Numbered from the stretch's first letter, positions 28,233-43,105 are shown. The stretch is DNA of 64,000 nt from Octopus vulgaris (GCA_951406725.2 OX597828.1:25730001-25794000); one strand, 5' to 3'. Translations and numbers: made by a program. The notes: generated by a model from the sequence alone, not told the origin.

Positions 28233-28899
28233 TATGCACACACACATGCGTATGTATATCCTTTATTACCTATGATTCATTGTCATGATGGGTATGCGTG
28301 ACTTACATTGAATTGCACGAAGTTCTTAGGTATGAGGAAATGATCCGGTTTACCAACTCATAATTATATATGTCTGTCTATCTATCAATCAATCAATCTC
28401 TCTCCTCTCTTTTTCTCTGTCTCTCTCACTCTCCCACCTCTCTCTCTCTCTATCTATCTATCTTTCTATCTGTCACCCCGCTTTTTGTAAAAGTTTAACA
28501 TGTCCTTCACAAAAAAGTATTAAGTAAATTTTCAGCTCAACATAAATTGTTTTTATTGCATACATACTTTTATACATGCACACATTCATACATACATACA
28601 TGCATACATACATACATACATACATACATACATACATACATGCATACATGCATACATGCATACATGCATACATGAATACATACATGCATGCATACATACA
28701 AACATACATACATACATACATACATACATACATACATACATACATACATACATACATACATGCATACATACATACATACATACATACATACATACATACA
28801 TACATACATACATACATACATACATACATACATACATACATACATACATACATACACGAACGCCTAAGTGAGTATTAAACGACCTATGAAATGAGTACT

Positions 28900-29330
28900 G
28901 TGTAAATGCCTCTCCAAAACATCTAACGACACCAGTGAAACATTCCTCACGCTTATTATGAAACCGCCGAATGGAAAATCGTCTGGGAGAGACCTGATAG
29001 TAAGCTCTTGGTACAAAAAGCTCGCGTTCTACAGGGAAATTCTTACGACTCTGTTTAAAAACGCAATGGGTGCTGAGTTGGATATACCAGAGCTACTGAC
29101 GGTTGCACGAACTACTGTTATCGCCAAGAAAAAAGGGACCCATGTGACCAAAATGTAACGGATCATAACATGCCTGAATATTGTGTACAAACTGTACACC
29201 GGCTGTCTCAAAATGTTTCTGCAAGCTCACTGTGATAACTGGTGAACAGGAAGGATAAAAGAAAGGAGTCTAGGTCTGAGCTGAATATTTCCACCCCAAC
29301 AAAGCTCTCTTTAAGGAAGTCAAGCAACAT
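28900..29330 (+). mobile_element. Degraded R4/Dong-clade RT N-terminal fragment
   Basis: PNGKSSGRDLIVSSWYKKL..PELLTVARTTVIAK..*RIITCLNIVYKLYTG matches PNWKSPGxD..NYRPITCLNxxYK. Confidence 0.82.
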
Positions 29331-29692
29331 CCGATAATTATGCATTTTTACAGTTACATTTACTCCATGACAGTAGATAATTTTTTTCCACAACCTATTT
29401 GTAGTGGCTTCATGCGGACATAGCGTGGATTCGATCCTCGATTGCCAAATTTCTCTTAACACTTCAACAGCGCTTTTCTCACGGTAAAACAGTAGTTTTT
29501 CTGTGAACGGCAAACTCTTTCACCAACCTCTAACAATCTCTCCCTCTTCTAGCTGAGAATTTTTGTATTTTTTTTTGTGACGGAAACTACACCTTGTGTG
29601 GCAGTTATAAAGAAATTGCTTTCTTATATCAGAGTAATAAGGCGCTTCTGTAGAACATCTTTACCCCCGGGAATCACCTGTTACAGCAGCTG

Positions 29693-29737
<45 letters not shown>

Positions 29738-29742
<5 letters not shown>

Positions 29743-30145
29743 GAAAAAACTAGTATTATGCAATTCAAACAATGATAAACATAAACCAAATCATAAATAG
29801 AAAATAAAATATATTTTTATAAAACATATAACTAAATCACAAAAAATATAAAAATGAATAATCAATACATATTAAGTAAAAAAAAACTACGTACGTTTCA
29901 TGGTTATAATTAAATTCGAATTACAATTAAATTTAAATTTAATCGAAAATCAATTGAATTTAAAATTATAGTCACTCTTCAGTTTAACAATAATAGTTAA
30001 ATAAATACTTACTATATATTGATTATTCATTTTTATACTTTTTGTGAATTAGTTATGTTTTATAAAAACATATTTTATTTTTTATTTATGATTTGGCTTA
30101 TGTCTATCATTGTTTGAATTGCATAATATTGGTTTTTTTCTCTAA
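29738..30145. mobile_element. Foldback element with ~140-bp inverted arms and a hammerhead remnant in the spacer (Penelope-like)
   Basis: Arms at 29738-29878 and 30006-30145. Minus-strand CTGAAGA..GAAACGTACGTA at 29885-29986. Flanked by TA-rich tracts. Confidence 0.75.
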
Positions 30146-30232
30146 CTTATATATTATATATTTATATTGTGAAATTTGATTTAATCCTAAATTGAATTTT
30201 TCCCTGTAAGCTTGGAGTTATACTCCCTATTA

Positions 30233-30740
<508 letters not shown>

Positions 30741-30754
30741 ACACATACACACAC

Positions 30755-30811
<57 letters not shown>

Positions 30812-30834
30812 TATCTATATATATATATATATAT

Positions 30835-31040
30835 GTAGGGAGAGTTTATGAAAAAAAGAAACGACGAAGACAGGTGGTGTACAAAACAAACAGATGTATT
30901 AGTATAACGCTCAGGAATAGAAAATGTCTTTTGCGTTTCGAGCCTACGCTCTTCTACAGAAAGGGACACAGAAAAAACAAGGAAGAAACAAGGAGAGAAA
31001 AACAATGTGTGTAGTGCCTAACGATCTATCATGGCGGCAT
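30835..31040 (-). mobile_element. Dispersed repeat, probable Penelope-like LTR fragment (second copy 59219-59412)
   Basis: Two homologous copies, both abutting (TA)n. Carries a hammerhead-like gagc-gtag-gctc-GAAAC. Confidence 0.65.
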
Positions 31041-32264
31041 TATTTAGGAAATGATAAGTATCGGACATGTACACGGAAGCATGCAGTAAGTGTTAAACTT
31101 GAATGATCTGATGAAGTGCAAGGTTCATAGAATTGTTTGCACAGAAACTTAGAGCCCTGGATGTAAATGTTCCATAACTCTGTCATTTGGTCAATTTTCG
31201 ACCTCTCTTTTCATCCATATTGCGATTTAATTCTTTTGTTGTCACACGTGATTTGTCTATTTCTCTCTTTCTCCCTCTCTAACTGTATATATATATATAT
31301 ATATATATATAGCGAGAGAGAGAGAGAGAGAGGGAGAAAGAGAAAGAGAGAAAGAGAGAGAGAGAGAGGGATATACAAATAGATAGATAGGTAGGTAGAT
31401 AAACAGATATATGCATGTGTGTCCTTGAATGTATTCGTCATACGGTGATTTAGCATCGTAGTTAAAACGTCGGATTACGTGTTCTGTGATAATCGATCCA
31501 GCGACCTGCGCTCTAATGAGTTCAAATCACTCCCACATCAACATTACTTTTTTATCACAAGGTCGTTTAAATAACAATCAAGTACTGGAATCGGTTTGCA
31601 CATATATATACATTTGCGTGTACGTACGTACGTATGTATGTATTATGTATGTATGTACACACACACACGTACTTATGTATGTAGACACACACACGCATGT
31701 ATTTATTTATACACATTCATATACATAGACATAGCAACATACATAGCTAAATGAATGAGTATATTTATCTATATAAGTATATATATATTTTATGGAGGCG
31801 CAAATGTGTAGAGAAGTCGAGCTCCCACACAACGCGACTAATAGACACAGATTAACAGATAAATAGCGTTCGGATCGTACATGGCTCGGAAGGTGTAACG
31901 GAGCATGACAGAACTGATTTTCGGTTTCACCTGAGCGCAATTGTAAAGGAACAGGGAGGAAAATGTAAACTAACGAAGAAAATGGAGATGGAAGAAGAGG
32001 TGTGGTCAGAGTTGTACAGAGCGAGAGGGAGTCTTCATTAATTAGTCAATATTTCCGCATGAGGTGCACGCTAGTTGGTCATCGACAGAGCGTGACAGTA
32101 GAATGTATCATGCAGACATCGTTTTGTTTGAACGATGTGGATGGATGTTGAGGATAAGAGGTGGTTTGAGTGGAAGATAAGAGGATTAATGGCAGCAGTG
32201 CTGATATTCCTGGTTGTTGAGTTAGAGCATGAAGGATTATTATTTTGTATCTGTTATATATATC

Positions 32265-32355
<91 letters not shown>

Positions 32356-33429
32356 GTGTGTGTGTGGGGGGGTGTATGTGTATGTGTGTATGTCCGTGTG
32401 TATGTATGTGTGTGTTTGTATGTATACATATATTTGTTGTTTATGTGCTGTGTTCTTTTTTCTGTTTGATACAAGTAACGTGGTTGTTGATGTAGGTAAA
32501 AACTGTTGCTTATTTTTTATTGTTGTTGCTGCTATTGCTGACGTCACTGTTGCTGCTGAAATGCTTTATCGGTCGCCATTTTGTTAAGGTAATCTAACGA
32601 CATACACGGCGACTTACATTTTTTTCCTTTTTTTTTTATTTTTTATCCCTAACCGCCTGTATTAATTGCTTCTTATATTCAGACGCCGGATGCTCTTGAT
32701 GTTGCTGTTGTTGATGTTGTTTCTTACTGTTGTTGTTGTTGCTTTCGTCGTCGTTGTTATTAATTTAATGTTCTATTTTTCCGCCATTTTCAGTGAGTTT
32801 ATCATGCAGTACAAGTTTCACCTTTGAATAAATCCTTGCTACTAAATGTTCTTCATGTTATTCTTGTTGTTGCCGTCTCTAATGTTATTTTATAGCAGTT
32901 TATTATTATTATTTTTTATTTTATTGGGGAGGGAATTACTGTTCGTTTGTATTTGCTTTTGTTTTCAATTCTTGTTATAATTGTTGTTTTATCACCGTTG
33001 CTGATATTGTTGTCGTTGTTAACGCCATACTTGTCATTTGGCAGACTTTTCGCAGTTACTGCAGCAGAAAGCGTTTCTGTAGAGTGTAGCCGCATTTGTT
33101 GACGCATTTATTATTCCTGTTCTTGTTGATGTTACTGACTTTATTTTTTTTTTCAAAAATCATCTTTTGTTTTGTTTTGTTTTACTGCATTTGTTATTGT
33201 TATTGCCGCGTCTGTTGATATTGCTGTTATTATCGCCCTCATCGATGTTGTTGTTGTTGTTGTTGTTGTTATTTATATTATTCTGCCGCCTCTTCTTTAT
33301 TGAATACACTTCAGCTCATAAACACTTTGAAGCTTAACACTACACACCAATGAAACACTCGTTAAATATGCACTGTCTTTACTATCTACAGTCATAAAAT
33401 TTCCCTACTCTCTCTCCTTCTCCCTCCCA

Positions 33430-33467
<38 letters not shown>

Positions 33468-34603
33468 ATATCTATCTATCTATCTCTCTGTCTATCCATC
33501 TCTCCCCGCTCTTTCTCTTTGTGTATATATTTTAGTTTCAAGGAAGTGTTAGTTTTGTCAAGAACTTTTGGCCATATATTTCGTGCCATCTCTTATAACC
33601 TGTGACTTCACCAGCAATCACAGAGTCTTGCTGCTGCTCCTCGTGGACCTCTTCTCACTGTTGTTGTATTCTTTATTTCTTTTATACTATTGCGATCGAT
33701 TAATGGCTCAGTTAAAGAACGAAGGGCAAAACACGTGACTATTTTTCCTGCTTTCGAAAAGCAGTAATCAGAAGGATAAAAATTGTCCACCTTTCCGAAT
33801 GTTTACTACAGGGGTGGGGGATGCACTAAAGGTACCAAAAAGGTCAGATAATGCTGTTAAACAGGATTAAAATTACATACAGCGTGGGCTTCTCTGCGTG
33901 CGTTTATTCACTTTGTTTTCTCCCTTCTCTATTTTTTTTAGCCTCATATCTCTCTTTCTCTCTTTATTTCATTTCTCTTTGTCTCCTTCAACAAAATATT
34001 ATTCTTATCATCCTATCTTTCGTTGTATCACGGGAGGATTATAATGCCAATAATAAGCACACGCATTGGTTCTATTTCACTTCTTTATTTTCATTGTCAA
34101 ATAACGGTTCATTATTTGTAAGATAAATATAAAGAGGTGAAATGTAACCAGAGTGTCTGCTTATTGTTGGCATAATGACCCTCCCAAGATACAAGAAAAT
34201 CTGTTTCAACACACAAGTTCAAATTAAAATTATCTTTGAAACCATATAAAAAAATGAAATATCCTTCAAATATTTTTGGAATCTTGTTATATTTTTTTTT
34301 GCTTCATGCTTTCTTTAGAACTTTCATTTTTTTCCTTTTTCTTTTTACTTTCCGCCATTCTTTCTTTTCTTCAGTTCTGTCATTCTTTAATTCCTTCATT
34401 CTCAAATTACTTCATTCTTTACTGTCATCTTTCCTGGAATTTGTCCTCTTTCTCATATAGACTTTCTCATATAGACTCAATACGCTATTTCACCATGCAT
34501 TACCCCTCTCGTGATATCCTACGTTCTACTTGTCTAGAACCTGTCATCGTTTCTCCGAACACCCCTCCCCACTGGTGCTCCCCTATATTCCTGCACCCCC
34601 CCA

Positions 34604-34901
34604 TAAAAAAAGCACCATCCGAACGTGGCCGATGCCAGCACCGCCCCGACTGGCTTCTGTGCAGGTGGCACATAAAAAGCACCAACCGACCGTGGCCGAT
34701 GCCAGACCCCTCTGGCACCTGTGCAGGTGGCACGTAAAAAGCACCCACTACACTCGCGGAGTGGTTGGCGTTAGGAAGGGCATCCAGCTGTAGAAACACT
34801 GCCAGACCAGATTGGAGCCTGGGGCAGCCCTGGCTCCCCAGACCCCGGTCAAACCGTCCAACCCGTGCTAGCGCGGAAAACGGACGTTAAACGATGATGA
34901 T
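34604..34901 (+). mobile_element. SINE 3' half with internal ~60-bp tandem modules and an RTE-like (GAT)n tail
   Basis: AAAAAGCACC..CGTGGCCGATGCCAG..CTGTGCAGGTGGCAC repeated, then GTTGGCGTTAGGAAGGGCATCC, ending GGACGTTAAACGATGATGAT. Confidence 0.75.
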
Positions 34902-34910
34902 ATACCCACC

Positions 34911-34993
<83 letters not shown>

Positions 34994-35610
34994 GATATGT
35001 CTGTCTTTCTGTCTGTCTTTTCCCCCATTGTGTTCTTAGTGTCTTTGTTTTCTTCGTATCTTTCCACTCACTTTTTTTCCTCTGTTTTTCAACTTTTTAT
35101 TCACCTGCCTCGTCGATTCATCTGAATGAAACCAGGCAATTTTAAAGAATAACGACTGAAAACCGAAATCGTGGTGGCATCACTGTCTTTCCCATGCTCG
35201 CAACTGCAGAAAAACGTGCACCATCCGGGAAGAGAATCTCAGCCGGGTGACTAATCTATCATGCCAAGAACATTCTTCTTCTCTTCTACACGTTTACAAA
35301 TCAGCAGAAAAGGAAAGAAATAAACGGTGCCGTGCCATCCATTCAGAATTGATATCAATTCCGCTTAGTATCTTAGTGAAAGACCACTTGTTCAAAGAAA
35401 GCCTCTTTCAAACATTAATTTTTCTAGAAAGAGCTTACTAACACATGTTCCATAATCCTGTTAAGGCTCTGAAGATGGAATTGGTTACAATAAAGGAATG
35501 CCATCGATATTAGAAAGAAACACAAAAACAACAACAACAACAACAAAAATGAATAAAACATAACGAACAAACTCTGAATGGAATTTGTTAATATTTGCAT
35601 ACGTTAGTAT

Positions 35611-35647
<37 letters not shown>

Positions 35648-35880
35648 TACATGCATACATACATACATACACGCATACATACATACATACATACATACAT
35701 ACATACATACATACATACATACATACATACATACATACATACACACACGCATGCATATCCTGTTGTGTTTCAGCCCTAAAGTCGAGAGAGAGAGAGTGAG
35801 AGATAAACTACATAGATATATGTATATATATACATGTATGTCGATATATATGCATATATGTATGTATATTTGTGTGTATA

Positions 35881-35939
<59 letters not shown>

Positions 35940-35986
35940 GCACATACACACACACAAATATATATATATATGCATTTGTATGTTAT

Positions 35987-36032
<46 letters not shown>

Positions 36033-36224
36033 AAAGGTTGTATATTTTTGTTATTGTCAGATTGTTTTTGGATTGTTATTGATCTGGCTAACGGATCCAT
36101 TATGTTTAACTCGATCTCTAACGAAAGCCTTTCCAGCCGGTGCCATCCCATCATAACTTTCTCCGACACGGTGTATCTAGGACTATATTATCCAGCGTCT
36201 CCGTTATTAAGGTTGCAAAGCATG

Positions 36225-36275
36225 ATATGAAGGAGATTTGGCTGCTATTTCAAGCAGTTCTAGTGACAGCATAAA
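36225..36275 (+). repeat. Old dispersed repeat motif GATTTGGCTGCTATTTCTAGCAG
   Basis: Diverged copies also at ~19275, 26455, 38915, 41345, 56440 and 63120, on either strand. Confidence 0.6.
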
Positions 36276-36344
36276 GGCTCCTCCTTCGACCCCAAATCAA
36301 TCAATCTATGTATTCATATGTACGTATGTATATACTAGGCGGGG

Positions 36345-36435
36345 ATGGGGGCTGAAAAGTTCCTGGCTTTAAAAGTCTCGCGAAAGGCCTAGGTTCCGAG
36401 TTCTTTTACAGGGCTTAGAAAAACTGAAGGACCCC
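36345..36435. mobile_element. Mariner-derived MITE fragment (same family as 62618-62800)
   Basis: TIR-like GGGGCTGAAAAGTTCCTGGCTTT. The internal segment is the reverse complement of 62731-62767. Confidence 0.7.
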
Positions 36436-36794
36436 TAAACGCAATTTTCACTCAAGTTTCTCGGCTCATTCCACTATATCTTGCGACACAGATTTAGTGT
36501 TCCTCGTCGATGCAAAAATGAAAATATATTCCGAGAAGCGTTCAACAATTTTAGCAAGAAACTACGTTTTTGGAATATAATTCCTTAAATGTAGTTTTCT
36601 AATGTTTTGATATGAATGACTTGGATATCAATAAGCAATTCCGAATTTCCAACCTTGTTTGTAGAGATCCCATTGGATATAACGATTTGAAGGGTTCCTT
36701 GGAATAATGATTTAAAGAGTTTGATGCGTAATGAAGAATCATGCTGCTAATTTGTTAATTGGTAAATGTTAACGAATTGACTAAAAATAATAAC

Positions 36795-36932
36795 AATGGT
36801 TTTAAATTTTGGCACAAGGCCAGCAATTTCGGGGAACGGCCTAGATCGACTTCTGTGATCATCTGGTACTTTATCGACTCCGAAAGGATGAAAGGCAAAG
36901 TTGGCCCCGGCAGAATTAGAACTCAGAACGTA
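36795..36932 (-). mobile_element. SINE family B fragment
   Basis: TTTTGGCACAAGGCCAGC..CCGAAAGGATGAAAGGCAAAG. Confidence 0.75.
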
Positions 36933-36951
36933 AATAATGATGATAATGATG

Positions 36952-37124
<173 letters not shown>

Positions 37125-37398
37125 ATAAAAGCTGAATGAGGTGTGACAAAGTTTGAGGATTTTAGACAGGTGTTTAGCTATTGGAAATAAACATGTTTCC
37201 GTGTCACAGCTCTTATTTTGGCGACATCAAATACGGTAAGAATCTGATATACGATCATACACCTGAATAAGATGATCTCTTTTACACAATCGTTTCAACC
37301 ATCTAATCTCTGTTTCTTTGACTAAGGTATTTTCACTTACTAAGCACAGTCGACACATTCACACTTACATGTGTACGCGCGAATCGCACACACACATG

Positions 37399-37451
<53 letters not shown>

Positions 37452-37494
37452 GTTTGTTTGCAGGTGAGTATTATATGTATATGCATGTTTATAC

Positions 37495-37553
<59 letters not shown>

Positions 37554-37569
37554 TACATATATATATATA

Positions 37570-37605
<36 letters not shown>

Positions 37606-37708
37606 TACACACAAAAAATATAATAATATAATATATATAAAAAATATAATAATATATATATATATATAATAAAATATATATATATACATATATATATATA
37701 TAATATAA

Positions 37709-37790
<82 letters not shown>

Positions 37791-38340
37791 TATGTGGTAT
37801 ATACATCACTATGTATGTATATATAGGAATTTCTCTCTTTGTCTCTCTATATATATGTTTACATGCATACATGTATATGTGTGTGTGTTTATACGTATGC
37901 ACTAAAAAACAATACGAAAAGAAACAGTATTGTAAAGTTATAGTGTATGTGTATGCGTGTTAATCTGAATAAGCGTATGCAAATGTATGAATATGTGTGT
38001 GTGTGTGCATGTATGTGTGTGTGTGAGGGTGTGTACGTGAAGAAAACGCTACTGCAAACTCAGAGTAATGATAGAATGGCGATAAGCTTTCGATTTAGCT
38101 TCAACATGGAAACCAACTTTTCTATTTTGTTGTGAATCTCAACACACTCTTACTAAATTGTTTCTAAATACTTTACATTAGAGTTCATGCGACCAGTTTG
38201 GCTTGGAGATGCCATTCTGGCAGAGAAATCTACGATGCAAATCCGTTTCTCATTTGAGGCATTATATATATATATATATATAGAAATATATAAAAACAAT
38301 AATAAATTTCTGAACGAGATATATACAGTAACTGCTCGAC

Positions 38341-38557
38341 AACGTAAGGGGTATCAGCCATCTGAATGTGGCTAGGGACTGGGCGGGGTGGTGGGGTGTT
38401 ACTGATGCTTTTAGCCGCAGGCGATCAACGTCACCAGAAGGACTGAGATAGTGTCGGTCCTTCTGGTGACGTTGATCGCCTGGGGCTAAAAGCATCAGTA
38501 ACACCCCACCACCCCGCCCAGTCCCTAGCCACATTCAGATGGCTGATACCCCTTACG

Positions 38558-38559
<2 letters not shown>
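38341..38559. repeat. Near-perfect 219-bp palindrome (106-bp arms, 7-nt loop)
   Basis: Arms 38341-38446 and 38454-38559 are complementary except for one mismatch and one G-T pair. Abuts (TA)n. Confidence 0.97.
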
Positions 38560-38602
<43 letters not shown>

Positions 38603-38994
38603 GTGTATTTACGGCGGCGGTATTTTGACCATATCTCACACGGAATTAAACGGCGAGCATTTTGAACTGGCCATGATGCATACGTGCATATATATGTAGG
38701 TATACGTTCGTATATGTAAGTATCCGTATGTTGTGCATATATGTATATATGTATTTATGTTTCTCTTCTGTGTATATTCTACTGACGAGACAAAACATTC
38801 CTAAATGCAAAACCAGAAATCCGGGATCTAGAATTATCCAGTAATTTTTTACTAGTTTCATCTTGTCTCTTTGTTTTCTCTCCGTGTTGATATATGGACA
38901 ATTATGGTGGGTTTAGAGTCAGATCATGGCTGCTATTTTCAGCATGGTATCTCGTAGATACCCTAATCTATAATTTTATATATATATATATACC

Positions 38995-39285
38995 AGACGA
39001 GGGCCATCTGGTTCTCTTTAAGGATGATTGATGACTTGCACGACGACTTTGCTTCAAGTGAAGTTTTACGAAGCGTCCACTTCAATCTCTTGTCCCTGAC
39101 CTTCTTCAATCCAGTTATGAGAACAGGTCAAGACGACTAGGGATGGAAACAGATGTAATGGATGGCCAAGCTATCTTACGTGCCTCATCCTTCTCTCTAT
39201 CCACAACAATGCGTTGCTGCAGCCGCCTTCCGTTCTGTTGAACCACGAAGGTTTCTTCAGCAGAGTCTGCCAGATCCAATCTTAA
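38995..39285 (-). mobile_element. Probable RTE-clade 5'UTR remnant
   Basis: Minus strand TCTGCTGAAGAAACCTTCGTGG..GAAGGCGGCTGCAGC..AGATGGCCCTCGTC resembles RTE leaders. Recalled similarity. Confidence 0.4.
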
Positions 39286-39294
39286 CATCATAGC

Positions 39295-39426
39295 TACACA
39301 AGTCCTGATATGCTAATTAACCCATCGTACACAAGCCCTGATATTCTAATTAACCCATAGTACACAAGCCCTGATATGCTAATTAACCCATTGTACACAA
39401 GCCATGATATGCTAATTAACCCACTG
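39295..39426. repeat. Minisatellite, 4 x 33 bp
   Basis: Unit TACACAAGCCCTGATATGCTAATTAACCCATNG. Confidence 0.95.
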
Positions 39427-39652
39427 CTTAATGCAGTTTAAAGCTATATCCAGGAACCGATGTAACACTACACATGACCCATGTCTGCCTCTCGCAAAAT
39501 ACAGTTGGTTCCAAATATTTGCAGCAGGTCCCTGGTCTATGAGTAACGCCTAACACTAACCTCACCTTGAAACGTCTCACGGGTGCTACCTTACTTTCGA
39601 CGATAAGAATTTTAAAAAATCATGTAATCCCAATATTTCAAGAATTACAAAC

Positions 39653-39699
<47 letters not shown>

Positions 39700-39745
39700 C
39701 ATACATAGATACGTATATATATATATACATACATACATACATGTG

Positions 39746-39827
<82 letters not shown>

Positions 39828-39829
<2 letters not shown>

Positions 39830-40690
39830 GGGTGCGGTGAATAAATTGTCGTCTTACGCAAAAATGAAAATAACACTAACATCTCATTTTAACAGATATA
39901 TTAACCAAAATTACATAGAAATAACTTGAAATACTAAAGAATAAATTTATTCAATAAAATTGCCATTGGCTTCAACCACGACCTCCAGACAACTTCCAAA
40001 TCTCCTGCAAATCTTCTGGACGGTCTCCTTGTTTAAGTTGGTGAATGCTGCCATAATCCTCGCATTCAAATTCATCTTTGGAGTTACAACGAGTTTTGTT
40101 CGTCTCTCGCTCAACTGTGCCCCCACACATAATAATCAAGGGGGTTGCAGTCTGGGTAGTTAGATGGCGAAATGTTAGGAGTGATGTGGTCGCGAGCTGG
40201 CAGAAATGTTAGCACGCCGGGCGAAATGCTTAGCGGTATTTCGTCTGCCGCTACGTTCTGAGTTCAAATGCCGCCGAGGTCGACTTTGCTTTTCATCCTT
40301 TCGGGGTCGATAAATTAAGTACCAGTTACGCACTGGGGTCGATTTAATCGACTTAATCCCTTTGTCTGTCCTTGTTTGCCCCCTCTATGTTTAGCTCCTT
40401 GTGGGCAATAAATAAATAAGAAATTGTCTGACAGCCATGACTGGGTTCTCCTGCTTGTGTAGCATGGTGCAGAGTCTTGTTGCCGGACATGGGGTCTTCC
40501 AACAGTCACCCTCTTGAACCAGAGCAGCACTACCTCCTCCAGACACTTGATGTAGGCCTGTGTGTTGAGTGTGAAGCAACATGGGAAGATGAATGGATGC
40601 ATAACGTCGCTATCACCAGGGTTCACTTCAAACACCATGATGTTGACTGGATGTTTGATTTTTATCACTCTCGGTAGATGTCCTCAGATT
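39828..40690 (-). mobile_element. Tc1/mariner (DD37D/maT-like) transposase pseudogene fragment with one TIR, interrupted by a SINE
   Basis: KHPVNIMVF..YIKCLEEVVLLW..QQDSAPCYTS..WLSDNF, then PDCNPLDYYVWG after the SINE. CAGGGTG TIR at 39828. Confidence 0.85.
40191..40421 (+). mobile_element. SINE family B nested in the transposase
   Basis: GCGAGCTGGCAGAA..GAGTTCAAAT..CCTTTCGGGGTCGATAAATTAAGTACCAG..TTGTGGGCAATAAA. Confidence 0.9.
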
Positions 40691-40710
40691 GCACGATCCT
40701 CAGATTGACA

Positions 40711-40790
<80 letters not shown>

Positions 40791-40791
<1 letters not shown>

Positions 40792-41107
40792 CGGAAAGTG
40801 TAACCTCTCGAAAGAGCTGTTCTTCACTCCTGCCCCAGAGCGTGGGCTGCGGGGTCACTCCGAAAAGATTTTATTTCAATCGAAGGAGCGGGGCTTTCTC
40901 CGTCCGGGTTGCGGATCCGTGGAATAAGCTGCCGCACGAGATAGTGAAGATGCCGACGACCGCTCGGTTCAAAGTCTCTCATGACCAGAAATGGCCTGAA
41001 CTCTTTGCATGAACACCCTCCCTGTACACAACTCCATGTCCCCCTACATGGCCTTGCTTTTGCTTTTTGAGCCAAAAAATTAACTTAACTTAACTAACTT
41101 AACTTAA
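40791..41107 (+). mobile_element. CR1/L2-clade LINE 3' end
   Basis: RRSGAFSVRVADPWNKLPHEIV..FKVSHD matches the FSxRVVxxWNxLP..FKxxLD motif. Has a (TAACT)n tail. Confidence 0.8.
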
Positions 41108-41211
41108 ATAAAACAGTTTGATACAAATTCGTTGGTACTCTTGAGTTTGATCCATACATGTAACTCCCAATAAATTGGCTGAGTGCCCTTCTTTCGTTCG
41201 TCCACTCACTC

Positions 41212-41294
<83 letters not shown>

Positions 41295-42084
41295 ATTATA
41301 ATTAAGGGTTAATTGCAACAAGTTGCTCAAAACCACATACCGAAAATATTAGAAATAGCAGCCAAATTGATCACTATTTCTCCTACTAATAAAAAGTCTC
41401 CGCAAACAAACAGAATTTGTAACCTGTATATGGCAAAAAAGGAAGAAAATAACGAAATCCCAGCCTATGGATTAATTATAGACGAATCGTTTCTGGATTA
41501 GAACCGAAGGCTCATTTCCTTGTCAATATAATATTTCCTATAAATCTAGAAATGCTAGGGGAAAAACTCACCCGTTACACCAGCTCGACCAGCGACATCG
41601 AACGATCTGACGGACTGCTAGCATTCCTACACTTATACAGACATATATATATATATATATGTATATAGGGGGGCGTGGGTACGTGTTTGTGTGTATAAAT
41701 GCGCACCTGATTTGTTGTGTACTCTTTATGGTTGCACGTTTCGCTTGATTTCTATGTATTTGTATGTTTGCATGTAAGAGTGTGTATCTGCCTGCTTGTG
41801 ACGACAGTTCATCCATTTGTATGTAATGTACAATTTGGCGAGATACCTACGTCACCGAAATCTCAAACTACACTTCTTCAACAAATTCTTTCCTCTATTT
41901 TACCCTCACCTCTCCTTTTCTCACATTTGGGGGTGGGGGTGGGTGGGCAAACATTCATCAGACACACCATCATCTTCTGTCTAGCTGCCATCCTCACCCC
42001 TGTTAATTACGTCTCTCCACCTACATTTCTCACATAAACTACCACAAGATTTTTTATACTCTCTATTCATCTCTCTCTCTCCTC

Positions 42085-42216
<132 letters not shown>

Positions 42217-43074
42217 ATGTATATATTTATATAAATCAAATTCTTCTTTATCTATCTGTCAAAATGCACACGGACACATATACACATGCATACATCCATT
42301 CATATGGGTGCGTGTGTATCTTGCCCGGTTTCTCTCTTAGTTTCATGCACTCACACTCTTTCTCTGCTCCTCTCTCTTCCTCTCTCTCTCTCTCTCTCTC
42401 TCTTTCTTTCTCTCTCTTCCTCTCTCGATCTATCATTCTTTCTGTTTATCTCTTTCTGCCCTATTCCCCCACCCCCACCCTCTCCCCCACCACCGCCTGT
42501 TTTCTATCTACAAGAGGAAATGACTTGTGAACAAAACTTTAGCTTCTAATCTCGTTCCCACGAGAGAGTGAGAGAAAGAGAAAGGTGGGGGAGGGGGAGA
42601 GAAGAGGTTAGAGTGCGTATATATATATATATGTGTGTGTATGTGTGTGTGTGTGCGTGCATATGTGTGTGTGTGTGTGCACGCGCACGCGTAAATGTGA
42701 GAAAGCTGTTGGAATGGAAAGTTGTCCACTTGTCTCCGGCAGCAGTCATGTATCTTCTTCAAACCGTTTCCTTCTTCCAGGTCACTACTTATCTGGACAT
42801 GGTCTCGACATCTGTCTCACATATCAACCATTCCAACAGACACCTTCTCTCCGTCCCCTTCTCCTTCTCTCTTCCCCCCCTCTCTCTCTCTCTTTCGGAA
42901 ATCCTCTTTATCTCATTATACATATACGTGTATGACCGCCCGTGTGCGTGTATATGCTTCAACGTACATACGTACATATGTGTATATGTGTATATATTTC
43001 TACGTATGTGCATCTATGTACATGAGTACTTTTAGAAATAAGTGTGTATGTATGTATGTATGTATGTATGTATG

Positions 43075-43105
<31 letters not shown>

